Shown here in pieces: positions 8,523-17,597 of a stretch of 26,212 nucleotides of DNA. Every line of letters starts with the position of its first letter. Position 1 is the stretch's first letter. Below the pieces are notes generated by a model that had not been told where the DNA came from, searched no databases, and saw only the letters and a program-made list of their open reading frames with translations. The DNA is from Candidatus Woesearchaeota archaeon (GTDB lineage: Archaea > Nanobdellota > Nanobdellia > Woesearchaeales > GW2011-AR4). The stretch covers positions 1 to 26,212 of the forward strand of contig JACOZN010000003.1 of NCBI GenBank assembly GCA_016181305.1. Direction: 5' to 3'. Both the position numbers and the translations under genes were made by a program.

Positions 8523-9076
8523 TGATTGGATTGACAGGCAGAAACGCTTCCGGCAAGGGCGAGGCTGCAAATTATCTAAAAGAAAAAGGCTTTATTTACT
8601 ATTCCCTTTCCGATGTAATAAGGGAAGAGGCAACCAAAAGCGGCCTGAAGCATTCGAGGGATAATTTAATTAAATTAGGCAACGATTTAAGGGCAAAATT
8701 CGGAGCAGGTTATTTGGCGCAGCAAATCAATAAAAAAATAAAGCAGCAGCTAAAGAATAACAAAAGCCAAAACTTCGTCATTGACAGCATAAGAAGCCCT
8801 TTTGAGGCTAAGGAACTGATGAAAAACAATGGCTTTGTGCTTGTCGGCATTGACGCTCCAATTGAACTGAGATTCAAGAGGTTGCTTGAAAGAAACAGGC
8901 TTGGGGATGCAAAGGCTTTGGAAGATTTCAAAAGGCAGGAGCAAAGGGAAAATTTAAAAAGCGACACCAATCAGCAGCTTGATGCAACGTTTGGGATTGC
9001 AAATAAAATTATTATCAATAATGGTTCATTGGAGGAATTGCATAAAAAGATTGATGGTTTGTTGAGGGTGCTATAA
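8519..9076 (+). CDS. P-loop nucleoside/nucleotide-monophosphate-kinase-fold protein (UPF0200 / archaeal COG0237-like)
   Basis: IGLTGRNASGKG Walker A, SLSDVIREE, VIDSIRSPFE, IDAPIELRFKR, IINNGSLEEL; ATGA overlap with the nrdR stop. Confidence 0.8.
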   Translation: MMIGLTGRNASGKGEAANYLKEKGFIYYSLSDVIREEATKSGLKHSRDNLIKLGNDLRAKFGAGYLAQQINKKIKQQLKNNKSQNFVIDSIRSPFEAKELMKNNGFVLVGIDAPIELRFKRLLERNRLGDAKALEDFKRQEQRENLKSDTNQQLDATFGIANKIIINNGSLEELHKKIDGLLRVL

Positions 9077-9513
9077 TGACAAGAGCAAGCTGGGAGCAGT
9101 ACTTCATGAACATTGCAAAGGAAGTTGCGACAAGAAGCACCTGCGACAGGAAGCATGTGGGAGCTGTGATTGCGAGAGACAAGACAATACTTTCAACAGG
9201 ATACAACGGCAGCATAAGGGGAATGCCGCACTGCGATGAAGTAGGTCATCTGATGGAGAACGGGCACTGCGTTGCAACAATCCATGCAGAGGCAAATGCA
9301 GTCCTGCAGGCAGCGAAAAACGGCGTAAGAATTGAGGGAGGCGAAGTTTACATAACGGCAAGCCCCTGCTGGAGCTGCTTCAAGATGCTTGCAAACACAG
9401 GCATCAAAAAGATTTATTATGGGGAATTCTACAGGGACGAGAGGATTTTTGACGTCGCAAAAAGGCTTGGAATAGAGCTCATGCACATACCGGTTAAGCA
9501 GGAAGAGCTTTAA
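9076..9513 (+). CDS. dCMP deaminase (ComEB-like, Zn-dependent)
   Basis: RSTCDRKHVGAVI, TGYNG, HAEANA, SPCWSC; TAATG overlap with the kinase stop. Confidence 0.9.
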   Translation: MTRASWEQYFMNIAKEVATRSTCDRKHVGAVIARDKTILSTGYNGSIRGMPHCDEVGHLMENGHCVATIHAEANAVLQAAKNGVRIEGGEVYITASPCWSCFKMLANTGIKKIYYGEFYRDERIFDVAKRLGIELMHIPVKQEEL

Positions 9514-10541
9514 TTTCCGACGAATTTTGAGTAGATTGATCTGGCTTCTTTCTCATTCTTTGCCTTGATTAAAGCCCTGCCATTGCCAAAAATGGTTATT
9601 TTGCCGCTAAAATTTATGCAACAGCCGAAATCAGCTAATTTTCCTATTTTTTTTAATTTATTTTTTAATTCCAAGAAATTTTTAGAATTTCTGGGCACAG
9701 AAAATCTTTGATTTTCTCGCGCATTGAATTGCCTTTTATCCATGCTTTTTGCCTTTATCTGGTAAACACCGTCTCCGCATAACTTCATTATTTTTGATGA
9801 TTTTTCCCCCGACAAATATTCAAAATTTCTTTTTGCGCAGCAGATGCAGTTTTTATTTTTGTTTATTTTTATTTTCAGCAATTCATTTTTCCAGACATCA
9901 AAAAACAGCAAATCTTTTTCATAATCCTTGTTCAATAATATTTTAATTGCTTCATTTGCCTGGATTGATGAAATCAAATTAGTTATCGTGTTCAAAACTC
10001 CTGCAGTCTCGCAGGTGTCAAGATTGGCTGCTTCCTTCAGAAAGCATCTCAGGCAGGCAGTTTTTTTCGGGATTACGTTAAAAACGTAGCCTTTGCTCCC
10101 GACTGCCGAGGAATATATGAATGGGATTCTGCTCTTGATGCAGAAATCATTGATTAAAAACCTTGTTTCAAGGTTGTCAGTGCAGTCAAGGACTATATTG
10201 GTTTTATTCTCTAATATTTTTCCAATATTCTCATAATTTAGGTCGTCAATAAAAAAATCCATTTTAACATCTGAATTAATTTTGCTTAAATGCTCTTTTG
10301 CCGCCAAAGCCTTCGGCTTGCCAATATCTGCCTCATCAAACAATGACTGCCTCTGCAGATTGGATAATTCAGCAACATCCCTGTCAACCAGAATCAGCTT
10401 TCCAATGCCTGCCCTTGCCAGCAATTGCGCGGAAACAGAGCCTAGAGCCCCCAACCCAGCTATTGCAGCAGAGCTTTTTCCAAGGGTTTCCTGCCCTTTT
10501 TTTCCTATTTTCCTGAATATTTCCTGGCGAATGTAGCGCAT
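9510..10541 (-). CDS. ThiF/MoeB/HesA-family E1-like adenylyltransferase (probable activator of the ubiquitin-like carrier)
   Basis: GLGALGS, DRDVAELSNLQRQ, DCTDNLETR, CLRC, TCETAGVL, CICC, and a C-terminal LCG...GRALI domain. Confidence 0.92.
   Translation of the reverse strand: MRYIRQEIFRKIGKKGQETLGKSSAAIAGLGALGSVSAQLLARAGIGKLILVDRDVAELSNLQRQSLFDEADIGKPKALAAKEHLSKINSDVKMDFFIDDLNYENIGKILENKTNIVLDCTDNLETRFLINDFCIKSRIPFIYSSAVGSKGYVFNVIPKKTACLRCFLKEAANLDTCETAGVLNTITNLISSIQANEAIKILLNKDYEKDLLFFDVWKNELLKIKINKNKNCICCAKRNFEYLSGEKSSKIMKLCGDGVYQIKAKSMDKRQFNARENQRFSVPRNSKNFLELKNKLKKIGKLADFGCCINFSGKITIFGNGRALIKAKNEKEARSIYSKFVGN
9675..9725 (-). repeat. 51-nt double-hairpin palindromic element inserted in frame in the E1 gene
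   Basis: AGAAAATC-ttt-GATTTTCT (9699-9717) and AGAAATT-tttag-AATTTCT (9674-9692); encodes NARENQRFSVPRNSKNF. Confidence 0.6.
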
Positions 10542-10616
10542 AAAGGCAGTGAAACAAAAGATATTTTAAATGTTTAGTAAAAACCTTTAAATACCGCTCA
10601 AATAAGTTTTGATTTT

Positions 10617-11078
10617 ATGCCGTCAGAACTCATCAAAAGGCAGAAAGGCGATTTCTTTCGCGACTTCAGCGCATTGGGAAGCCTATGGATTTATGCAGCT
10701 GCAGCTTTATTTTTGCTTGCCTTTAAGAATTATGAATTGCTCAAGAAGCTTGCAGCCGGCTTGGTTTTGATTTATGCGATAGTTATAGCCGTAAGAACAT
10801 TTTACTTTAAGGAAAGGCCGCATAAATACCCCCATAACTCCTACATTGAAAAGCTTGACGCATCGTCCTTTCCAAGCCTTCATTCGGCAAGGACTGCCTT
10901 TTTAGCTGCTGTTTTTGTTGGCTATTTTAATAATGCCATGTCATCCATCTTGCTCATTTTGATGGCCCTGATTATATTGTATTCAAGGATTTACCTTAAA
11001 AAGCATGATTACAGGGACATATTGGCTGGAGTTATTGTCGGGATTATTGTTTATTTTACCATAAACTTTATATATTAG
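10617..11078 (+). CDS. PAP2-superfamily membrane phosphatase
   Basis: KERP, SFPSLHS, SRIYLKKHDYRDILAG; several TM segments; TATA TTTAAATA at 10586-10593. Confidence 0.88.
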   Translation: MPSELIKRQKGDFFRDFSALGSLWIYAAAALFLLAFKNYELLKKLAAGLVLIYAIVIAVRTFYFKERPHKYPHNSYIEKLDASSFPSLHSARTAFLAAVFVGYFNNAMSSILLILMALIILYSRIYLKKHDYRDILAGVIVGIIVYFTINFIY

Positions 11079-11092
11079 TTAACAATTGTTAA
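11067..11092 (+). promoter_or_regulatory. TATA box plus perfect 14-bp palindrome (candidate operator) of the HTH-suf operon
   Basis: TTTATATA at 11067-11074; TTAACAATTGTTAA at 11079-11092; ATG at 11098. Confidence 0.6.
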
Positions 11093-11097
11093 GTGCC

Positions 11098-11496
11098 ATG
11101 CAAGAAACAATGCCGCAGGAAGTTGAAGTCAGGTATATTCTGCCAGCCATACGGAGAGAGCTTGCAAGAATCTTCATTGAAGAGTATAATCTCAGCCAGA
11201 AAGAGGCTGCAAAAATCCTTGGCTTGACAGAGGCTGCAATTTCCCAGTACCGGCACTCGAAAAGGGCAAAGGAAGTCGTGTTTAGCGACAAGGCAATTAT
11301 GGAGATAAAAGTGTCTGCAGCCAAAATTCTCGCAGAAAAGAGCAACAGGCAGAGGGTTATAGCAGAGATGTACAGGATAAGCAACCTCACAACAGTGAAG
11401 CAGATATTATGCGACATACACAGGCAGCAATCCAAGGAATTGGGAAATTGCAATGTCTGCTTTGATGAGGGATTGATAGCAATAAAGACAGATTAA
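11098..11496 (+). CDS. archaeal XRE-like HTH regulator (COG2522-like) with C-terminal C-x2-H-x9-C-x2-C motif
   Basis: PQEVEVRYILPAIRRELA, LSQKEAAKILGLTEAAISQY, LCDIHRQQSKELGNCNVCF; first ATG 11098. Confidence 0.82.
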   Translation: MQETMPQEVEVRYILPAIRRELARIFIEEYNLSQKEAAKILGLTEAAISQYRHSKRAKEVVFSDKAIMEIKVSAAKILAEKSNRQRVIAEMYRISNLTTVKQILCDIHRQQSKELGNCNVCFDEGLIAIKTD

Positions 11497-11508
11497 ATTT
11501 TCAATAAA

Positions 11509-12918
11509 ATGCCGCCAGCAGCCACAGAGCAGGTTTTTGACAAGGACTATAGCAGGTATGGATTTCACGATAAGGAAGAGTATGTCTTCAAGTCGCAGAA
11601 AGGGCTGTCAAGGGAAATAGTCGAGCAAATATCCAAGATAAAAAAAGAGCCTGAATGGATGTTGAAATTAAGATTAAAGGCTCTGGAAGAGTTCTGGAAA
11701 AGGCCAATGCCGCAGTGGGGCGCTAACCTTAACATTATAGACTTCAATGACATTTATTATTATCTGAAACCAACTGACAGGCAGGGTGACACCTGGGATG
11801 ATGTGCCTGAATACATAAAAAACACCTTCACAAAGCTTGGAATTCCTGAAGCAGAGCAGAAATTTCTTGGAGGCGTGGGCGCCCAGTACGAAAGTGAAGT
11901 GGTTTACCACAAGATAAGGGAGGACCTGGAAAAGAAAGGCGTTGTTTTCCTTGACATGGACGGCGGCTTAAGGGAGTATCCTGAAATTGTAAAAAAATAT
12001 TTTTGCTCAGTCATACCTTACAATGACAACAAGTTTGCTGCATTGAACACAGCAGTCTGGAGCGGCGGCTCGTTTGTTTACGTTCCAGCAGGAGTCAAAG
12101 TTGACTTGCCTTTGCAGGCTTACTTCAGGATAAACGCAAGGAACATGGGGCAGTTTGAAAGAACGCTGATAATAGCGGAGCCGGGCTCGAGTGTGCATTA
12201 CATAGAGGGTTGCACAGCCCCAACATATTCTTCAGATTCGCTGCACAGCGCTGTAGTCGAACTGATAGCTATGGAAGGCTCAAGAATCCAGTACACCACA
12301 ATCCAAAACTGGAGCAGCAATGTCTATAATCTTGTCACAAAAAGGGCTTTTGCACATAAGGATGCAACTGTCTTCTGGGTTGACGGCAACCTAGGAAGTA
12401 AAATCACAATGAAATACCCAAGCGTTTATTTGCTTGGAGAAAGGGCAAAAGCCGAGATTTTGAGCGTGGCTTTTGCAGGCAAAGGGCAGCACCAGGATGC
12501 AGGCGGAAAGATTTTGCACCTTGCTCCCAACACAACATCAAGGATTACATCAAAATCAGTCAGCAAGGACGGCGGAAGGACAACATACAGGGGCTTGATT
12601 CATGTTGCAGAAGGCTGCAAAAATGTCAAGAGCCATGTCACTTGCGATGCGTTGATTTTGGACGAGCAGTCCGCTTCCGACACAGTCCCTTACATGGAAA
12701 TAAACGAAAAGGATGTTACAATAGAGCACGAGGCAACTGTAGGCAAGATTGGGGAAGAGCAGCTTTTTTACCTCATGAGCAGGGGCCTGAGCGACGATCA
12801 GGCAAAGACAATGATTGTCTCAGGGTTTATGGAGCCTTTCACAAAAGAATTGCCTCTTGAATACGCAATTGAGCTCAACAGGCTGATTGCGCTGAGCATG
12901 GAAGGTTCTGTAGGTTAA
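11509..12918 (+). CDS. sufB: Fe-S cluster assembly scaffold SufB
   Basis: [55 protein letters not shown]. Confidence 0.97.
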   Translation: MPPAATEQVFDKDYSRYGFHDKEEYVFKSQKGLSREIVEQISKIKKEPEWMLKLRLKALEEFWKRPMPQWGANLNIIDFNDIYYYLKPTDRQGDTWDDVPEYIKNTFTKLGIPEAEQKFLGGVGAQYESEVVYHKIREDLEKKGVVFLDMDGGLREYPEIVKKYFCSVIPYNDNKFAALNTAVWSGGSFVYVPAGVKVDLPLQAYFRINARNMGQFERTLIIAEPGSSVHYIEGCTAPTYSSDSLHSAVVELIAMEGSRIQYTTIQNWSSNVYNLVTKRAFAHKDATVFWVDGNLGSKITMKYPSVYLLGERAKAEILSVAFAGKGQHQDAGGKILHLAPNTTSRITSKSVSKDGGRTTYRGLIHVAEGCKNVKSHVTCDALILDEQSASDTVPYMEINEKDVTIEHEATVGKIGEEQLFYLMSRGLSDDQAKTMIVSGFMEPFTKELPLEYAIELNRLIALSMEGSVG

Positions 12919-12930
12919 TTTGGGGGTTTT

Positions 12931-14124
12931 ATGCCAGATCAAAATCTTGTTACGAAAAAATCTATGGAATTGAAGCAATTTCAAAGCAGCTTTGCGGAAG
13001 AAAGGAAAAAAGAAGCCCTGGCTGTGTTCAAGTCAATCCCGATGCCGAAGGAAAAGGACGAGGATTGGAGGTATACCGATATCGGAAAATTAAGGCTTGA
13101 AAGCTTTGAGCCGTTTGAATCAGAAGGCAAAATAAGTGTTTCCGGGTTTTCAGAGTATTTGGCTGAAAAAGGGGTGATTTTGACTGACATAAATACAGCG
13201 CTTCAAAAATATCCAGTGGCGCAGCAGTATTTCCTTAAATCAATGAAAATTGGCGGCGACAAGTTCGCAGCATTAAATGCAGCTTATTTTGGAAATGGGT
13301 TTTTTTTGCATGTGCCAAAAAATATTGAGATAGATGAGCCGATAAAGCTTAATTTTGAGGTTAGCGGAAAAAGCAGCATATTGCACAATATGATTATTGC
13401 TGAATCAAACAGCAAAGTGAATTTTATTGAAGAGTACACAGGCAAGGAAAATGCCAATGGGCAGCTGAACTCCAGCGTTACAGAAGTGTTTGCCAATGCG
13501 GATTCTAAAATAAACTTTTACCACATAAACAACTGGGCGAAAAATGCCTACAGCTTTGCAAATATTGTCGGCAATCTGGACAGAAACTCAAATGTAAACT
13601 GGATTTCTGGTTGCTTTGGGGGCAGATTAAATAGGCTGAAGATTGACACGATTTTCAGCGGCAATGGCGCTTCATGCAGCAACCTCGGCATTTTCATGGG
13701 CAAAGAGAAAGAGCACGTTGACTTTGCAACCAACATGTTCCATAATGCTGAAAACACGACAAATGACGTGCTTGTTGACGGGATTTTAAAGGATGAATCA
13801 TCGTCTGTTTACAGGGGCTTGATTAAGATAGAAAAGCAGGCGCAGAAAACAAACTCCTACCTTGCAAACCACATCCTGAAATTAGGAGACAAAACCTTGG
13901 CAAACAGCATTCCGAGCCTGAAGATTGACGCCAATGATGTAAAAGCCTCCCATGGCGCAACTGTTGGACAGATTAATGAAGAACATCTGTTTTATCTGAT
14001 GGCTCGCGGCTTGTCAAGAGCAGAAGCTGAAAAGCTGATTGTGGAAGGGTTTTTCGAGCCGATAATACAAAAGATTCCTCTTGAAGAATTAAGGGAGAAG
14101 ATAAGGGGGATGGTGGGGGGATAG
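12931..14124 (+). CDS. sufD: Fe-S cluster assembly protein SufD
   Basis: EDWRYTDI, VYRGLIKI, NSIPSLKIDANDVKASHGATVGQI, FYLMARGL; paralogue of SufB. Confidence 0.93.
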   Translation: MPDQNLVTKKSMELKQFQSSFAEERKKEALAVFKSIPMPKEKDEDWRYTDIGKLRLESFEPFESEGKISVSGFSEYLAEKGVILTDINTALQKYPVAQQYFLKSMKIGGDKFAALNAAYFGNGFFLHVPKNIEIDEPIKLNFEVSGKSSILHNMIIAESNSKVNFIEEYTGKENANGQLNSSVTEVFANADSKINFYHINNWAKNAYSFANIVGNLDRNSNVNWISGCFGGRLNRLKIDTIFSGNGASCSNLGIFMGKEKEHVDFATNMFHNAENTTNDVLVDGILKDESSSVYRGLIKIEKQAQKTNSYLANHILKLGDKTLANSIPSLKIDANDVKASHGATVGQINEEHLFYLMARGLSRAEAEKLIVEGFFEPIIQKIPLEELREKIRGMVGG

Positions 14125-14125
14125 A

Positions 14126-14647
14126 ATGAAACCTTTAGAACAAAAAATGGGTGATCCCGTTGCAAGCGCAACAAATCCTCAGTTAGCAGAGCGCCAAAGA
14201 AGGGCCATAGAATTGGCTAGATACGCCCATAACCCGATTTTTAATCCCCTTGAAACAATCCTAAGCAATGCCGAATTATACTTACAAGGCCCGGACAGAA
14301 ATGACTTGATGGAAAGTTCTTATAACCTGCTCAAAAAATTTGAATACTTTTACTCTGAAGATAATATACCTTACAGAACTATGCATAGAAAAGAAGAATT
14401 TTATCACTTGTTTACTGTAAGAGATTTGCTGTTTGAATTAAGAGAGACTATGGACAAAGTATTTGGAGAAAAAAGCGCTAACAGTTTAAAGGAATTGAAT
14501 GTGTATGTGAATTCAATAATCTTGATTGAACGGTTATATTTTAGAAGTTTAATGAAATTGCTGGGGCAAATAAGAATTTATCCTGAAGCAGCTGATTTTA
14601 TGGTTACTGTCCGGGACAGAGACAATGGAATTGAATGCCACTTTTAA
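14126..14647 (+). CDS. AT-rich hypothetical protein with faint similarity to a degenerate histidine-kinase core
   Basis: Fills the sufD-sufS gap with 1-nt spacers on both sides; LARYAHNPIFNPLETILSNAELYL (H-box-like) and MVTVRDRDNGI (G1-like). Confidence 0.6.
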   Translation: MKPLEQKMGDPVASATNPQLAERQRRAIELARYAHNPIFNPLETILSNAELYLQGPDRNDLMESSYNLLKKFEYFYSEDNIPYRTMHRKEEFYHLFTVRDLLFELRETMDKVFGEKSANSLKELNVYVNSIILIERLYFRSLMKLLGQIRIYPEAADFMVTVRDRDNGIECHF

Positions 14648-14648
14648 A

Positions 14649-15878
14649 ATGCCCTCCACAAAACCACTCATGGACGTTGAACAGATAAGAAAAAACTTCC
14701 CTATTTTGCAGAGGAAAGTGCACAATAAGCCATTGGTTTATTTTGACAACGCAGCAACATCCCAGAAGCCAAAACAGGTGATTGAGGCTATTGGCTTTTA
14801 CTACAAAAACTACAATGCCAACATACACAGGAGCATTCACGAGCTGGGCGAGGAGGCGACTGAAAAATACGAGGAAGCGCACAAGAAAACTGCTGATTTC
14901 ATAAATGCAGATTCGTACCAAAACATTGTATTTACCAAGAATACGACAGAAAGCCTGAACCTTTTGGCTTATTCGCTGACTGCAAAGCTGAAAAAAAATG
15001 ATGAGATTGTGGTTTCGCAGATGGAGCACCACAGCAACTTCGTGCCATGGCAGCAATTGGCAAAGCAGAGAGGATTGAGATTAAAGTTTATTGAAATTGA
15101 CAAAGACGGCAATCTGGACAAAAACAGCATTAAAAAGAATATAACCAAAAAAACAAAAATTGTTTCATTGACCCATATTTCAAATGTTTTGGGCACGATA
15201 AATCCTGTTGAAAAAATCGCAAAGATTGCGCATGAAAATGGTGCATTGATGGTTGTTGACGGCGCGCAGGCTGCTCCCCATATGCCTGTTGATGTAAAAA
15301 AGCTTGATGCTGATTTTTATGCCTTTTCAGGGCACAAGATGCTTGGACCGACAGGAATCGGGGTTTTGTACGGCAAAAAAGAGCTGCTTGAGGAAATGCA
15401 GCCGTTTCTTTATGGAGGGGAGATGATACGTGAAGTAAGGTTTGACGACACAAAATTCAATGACTTGCCGTGGAAGTTTGAGGCAGGCACAATGAACATT
15501 GCAGAAGCCATCGGGTTAAGTGCTGCAATTGACTACTTGAACAAAATCGGGATGGACAATGTGCAAAAGCACGATAGGGAGCTTGTTGAATACGCTATGG
15601 GGCAATTGAAAGGCATTGACGGAATAAAGATTTACGGCCCGGATGAAAGGGACGCTGTTATATCATTTAATCTCGGCAATATTCATGCCCATGACGTCGC
15701 TCAGGTTTTGGACAGCGAGGGAGTTGCGATTAGGGCAGGGCACCACTGCTGCATGCCTTTAATGAGTGTTTTGGGTGTGGCAGCAACAGCAAGGGCAAGC
15801 TTTTACCTTTACAATACAGAAAAAGAAATTGATGTTTTTGTAAATGCACTTAATAAAGTGAATAGGGTGTTTGCATAA
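14649..15878 (+). CDS. sufS: group II cysteine desulfurase SufS
   Basis: YFDNAATSQKP, SQMEHHSN, FSGHKMLGPTG (PLP Lys), RAGHHC (catalytic Cys). Start is ATG 14649 or 14670; the ORF-track start at 14625 overlaps the upstream gene. Confidence 0.96.
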   Translation: MPSTKPLMDVEQIRKNFPILQRKVHNKPLVYFDNAATSQKPKQVIEAIGFYYKNYNANIHRSIHELGEEATEKYEEAHKKTADFINADSYQNIVFTKNTTESLNLLAYSLTAKLKKNDEIVVSQMEHHSNFVPWQQLAKQRGLRLKFIEIDKDGNLDKNSIKKNITKKTKIVSLTHISNVLGTINPVEKIAKIAHENGALMVVDGAQAAPHMPVDVKKLDADFYAFSGHKMLGPTGIGVLYGKKELLEEMQPFLYGGEMIREVRFDDTKFNDLPWKFEAGTMNIAEAIGLSAAIDYLNKIGMDNVQKHDRELVEYAMGQLKGIDGIKIYGPDERDAVISFNLGNIHAHDVAQVLDSEGVAIRAGHHCCMPLMSVLGVAATARASFYLYNTEKEIDVFVNALNKVNRVFA

Positions 15879-15879
15879 A

Positions 15880-16272
15880 ATGGATTCAATCGAGGCAATG
15901 TACCAGGAAAACATTTTGGACCATTACAAGAATCCAAGGAATGCAGGAAAAATAGACAAGGCATCAGTTCATCATCACGAATATAATCCTTTGTGCGGCG
16001 ACGAGATTGAGATGTTTTTGGTTATCAAGGACAAAAAGGTTGCTGATGTCAAGTTCCATGGCAGGGGCTGCGCAATCTCGCAGGCAAGCGCCTCAATGCT
16101 GACAGAGGAGATAAAAGGCAAGAGCATTGAGGATCTGAAGAAGCTGACAAAAGAAAACATTTTAGAACTGCTGGGAATTTCCCTTAGCCCTGTAAGGCTG
16201 AAATGCGCATTATTGTCTTTAGATACATTAAAAAACAGCATATTGATTTTTGAGAAATATATTAAGAAATAG
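15880..16272 (+). CDS. sufU: SufU-type (IscU/NifU-N family) sulfur acceptor/scaffold
   Basis: MYQENILDHYKNPRN, NPLCGD, GCAISQASAS, RLKCALL; no LPPVK; directly after sufS (TAAAATG). Confidence 0.9.
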   Translation: MDSIEAMYQENILDHYKNPRNAGKIDKASVHHHEYNPLCGDEIEMFLVIKDKKVADVKFHGRGCAISQASASMLTEEIKGKSIEDLKKLTKENILELLGISLSPVRLKCALLSLDTLKNSILIFEKYIKK

Positions 16273-16284
16273 GTGAACACAAAA

Positions 16285-17040
16285 ATGACAGACGAACTAA
16301 TCGTTAAGGACTTGCACGTGAGCATTGAAGGGCAGAGAATATTGAACGGCGTGAATCTGGTAGTCAAAAAAGGCGAAGTCTGCGCATTGATGGGCCCGAA
16401 TGGCTCAGGCAAAAGCACTTTGGCTTACACCCTGATGGGGCATCCGAAGTACACAGTTGACAAGGGCGAGGCATGGTATAAAGGGCAGAATGTTTTGGAA
16501 TTAAAGCCTGATGAAAGGGCAAAGCTTGGCTTGTTTTTGTCGTTCCAGTACCCTCAGGAGATTCCAGGCGTTTCAGTATCAAACTTCCTTAGGACTGCCT
16601 ACAATGCAGTAAAGCAAAAGCAAATTGCTGTCCCTGATTTTGTGAAACTGCTGAAGGAAAAGATGAAGCTTTTGAAGATAGATGACTCTTTCAGCAGAAG
16701 GTACTTGAACGAGGGATTTTCAGGAGGGGAGAAAAAAAGGGCTGAGATACTGCAGTTGGCTGTTCTGCAGCCAGACATGGCTGTGCTTGACGAGACAGAC
16801 TCAGGCTTGGACATTGACTCTTTAAAAGTTGTTGCAGAGGGCGTTAACACGCTTATAGGGCCAAACACAGGAATTTTGATAATCACCCATTACCAGAGGA
16901 TTTTGAACTATATAACTCCCGACAGGGTTCACATAATGGTAAAGGGCAGGATTGTGAAGAGCGGCGGCAAGGAATTGGCGCATGAGCTTGAAGCGAAAGG
17001 ATATGATGAGATAATAAAAGAGGCTGAGCTTAGCGCTTAA
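16285..17040 (+). CDS. sufC: Fe-S assembly ABC ATPase SufC
   Basis: GPNGSGKSTL, FQYPQEIPGVS, NEGFSGGEKKR, LDETDSGLDID, ITHYQR. ATG 16285 follows SD AGGTGA; GTG 16273 is the alternative start. Confidence 0.96.
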   Translation: MTDELIVKDLHVSIEGQRILNGVNLVVKKGEVCALMGPNGSGKSTLAYTLMGHPKYTVDKGEAWYKGQNVLELKPDERAKLGLFLSFQYPQEIPGVSVSNFLRTAYNAVKQKQIAVPDFVKLLKEKMKLLKIDDSFSRRYLNEGFSGGEKKRAEILQLAVLQPDMAVLDETDSGLDIDSLKVVAEGVNTLIGPNTGILIITHYQRILNYITPDRVHIMVKGRIVKSGGKELAHELEAKGYDEIIKEAELSA

Positions 17041-17081
17041 AACAAAAAGATATTTAAATTTGTGATGTTGAATACACGAAA

Positions 17082-17588
17082 ATGGGAGAAAAATTACAAA
17101 ATATTGGAAAATATGTTCAAGAATATAGCCAGTATGCGAGGGATGGTTTAATAGAACTTTTTGAACATCCCGTTAAACATACTTCTAAAGCACTTAAAGA
17201 TTTGGTACAAGATTATTGGGATGCTGGATTGGGGGTATTGACTGGACTTGCATTGACAGACTCAGTTAGAGAGTTGATCGGTGATCAAGCTGTAATTTCG
17301 TTATATATTGGTGGAACTTTAGTGAGTTTAGGTGCTCCACAGCTAATGTTTATGGTCAAGCAGGAAAATGAAGTTACAAGGACAGTTAGGATAGGCAGAA
17401 ATGCTATGCTTGAATTTGATGTTATTTATACCACAAGTCCCTATTCTACTAATCATCCCATGTATGTTGTTTCTTTATTTGCCTTTGCTACTCTTTTTGA
17501 GTACATAAGAAGAGTTGGAAAAACCCCATCTATTAGAGATTCCCCAACTTATGATGCATTAGAAAATAAACTTCAAAAATCAATTTAA
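17082..17588 (+). CDS. AT-rich hypothetical membrane protein
   Basis: About three hydrophobic segments; its own TATA-like TTTAAAT about 25 nt upstream. Confidence 0.6.
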   Translation: MGEKLQNIGKYVQEYSQYARDGLIELFEHPVKHTSKALKDLVQDYWDAGLGVLTGLALTDSVRELIGDQAVISLYIGGTLVSLGAPQLMFMVKQENEVTRTVRIGRNAMLEFDVIYTTSPYSTNHPMYVVSLFAFATLFEYIRRVGKTPSIRDSPTYDALENKLQKSI

Positions 17589-17597
17589 ATTGAAAAA

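Noticed and set aside
8519-9076. Annotation as dephospho-CoA kinase (coaE)
   Set aside because: The sequence fits the UPF0200-like archaeal group better, and the context points to nucleotide substrates; symbol withheld.
15880-16272. Annotation as IscU of an ISC system
   Set aside because: No LPPVK chaperone motif, the partner desulfurase is group II (RxGHHC), and no hscAB or fdx is present.
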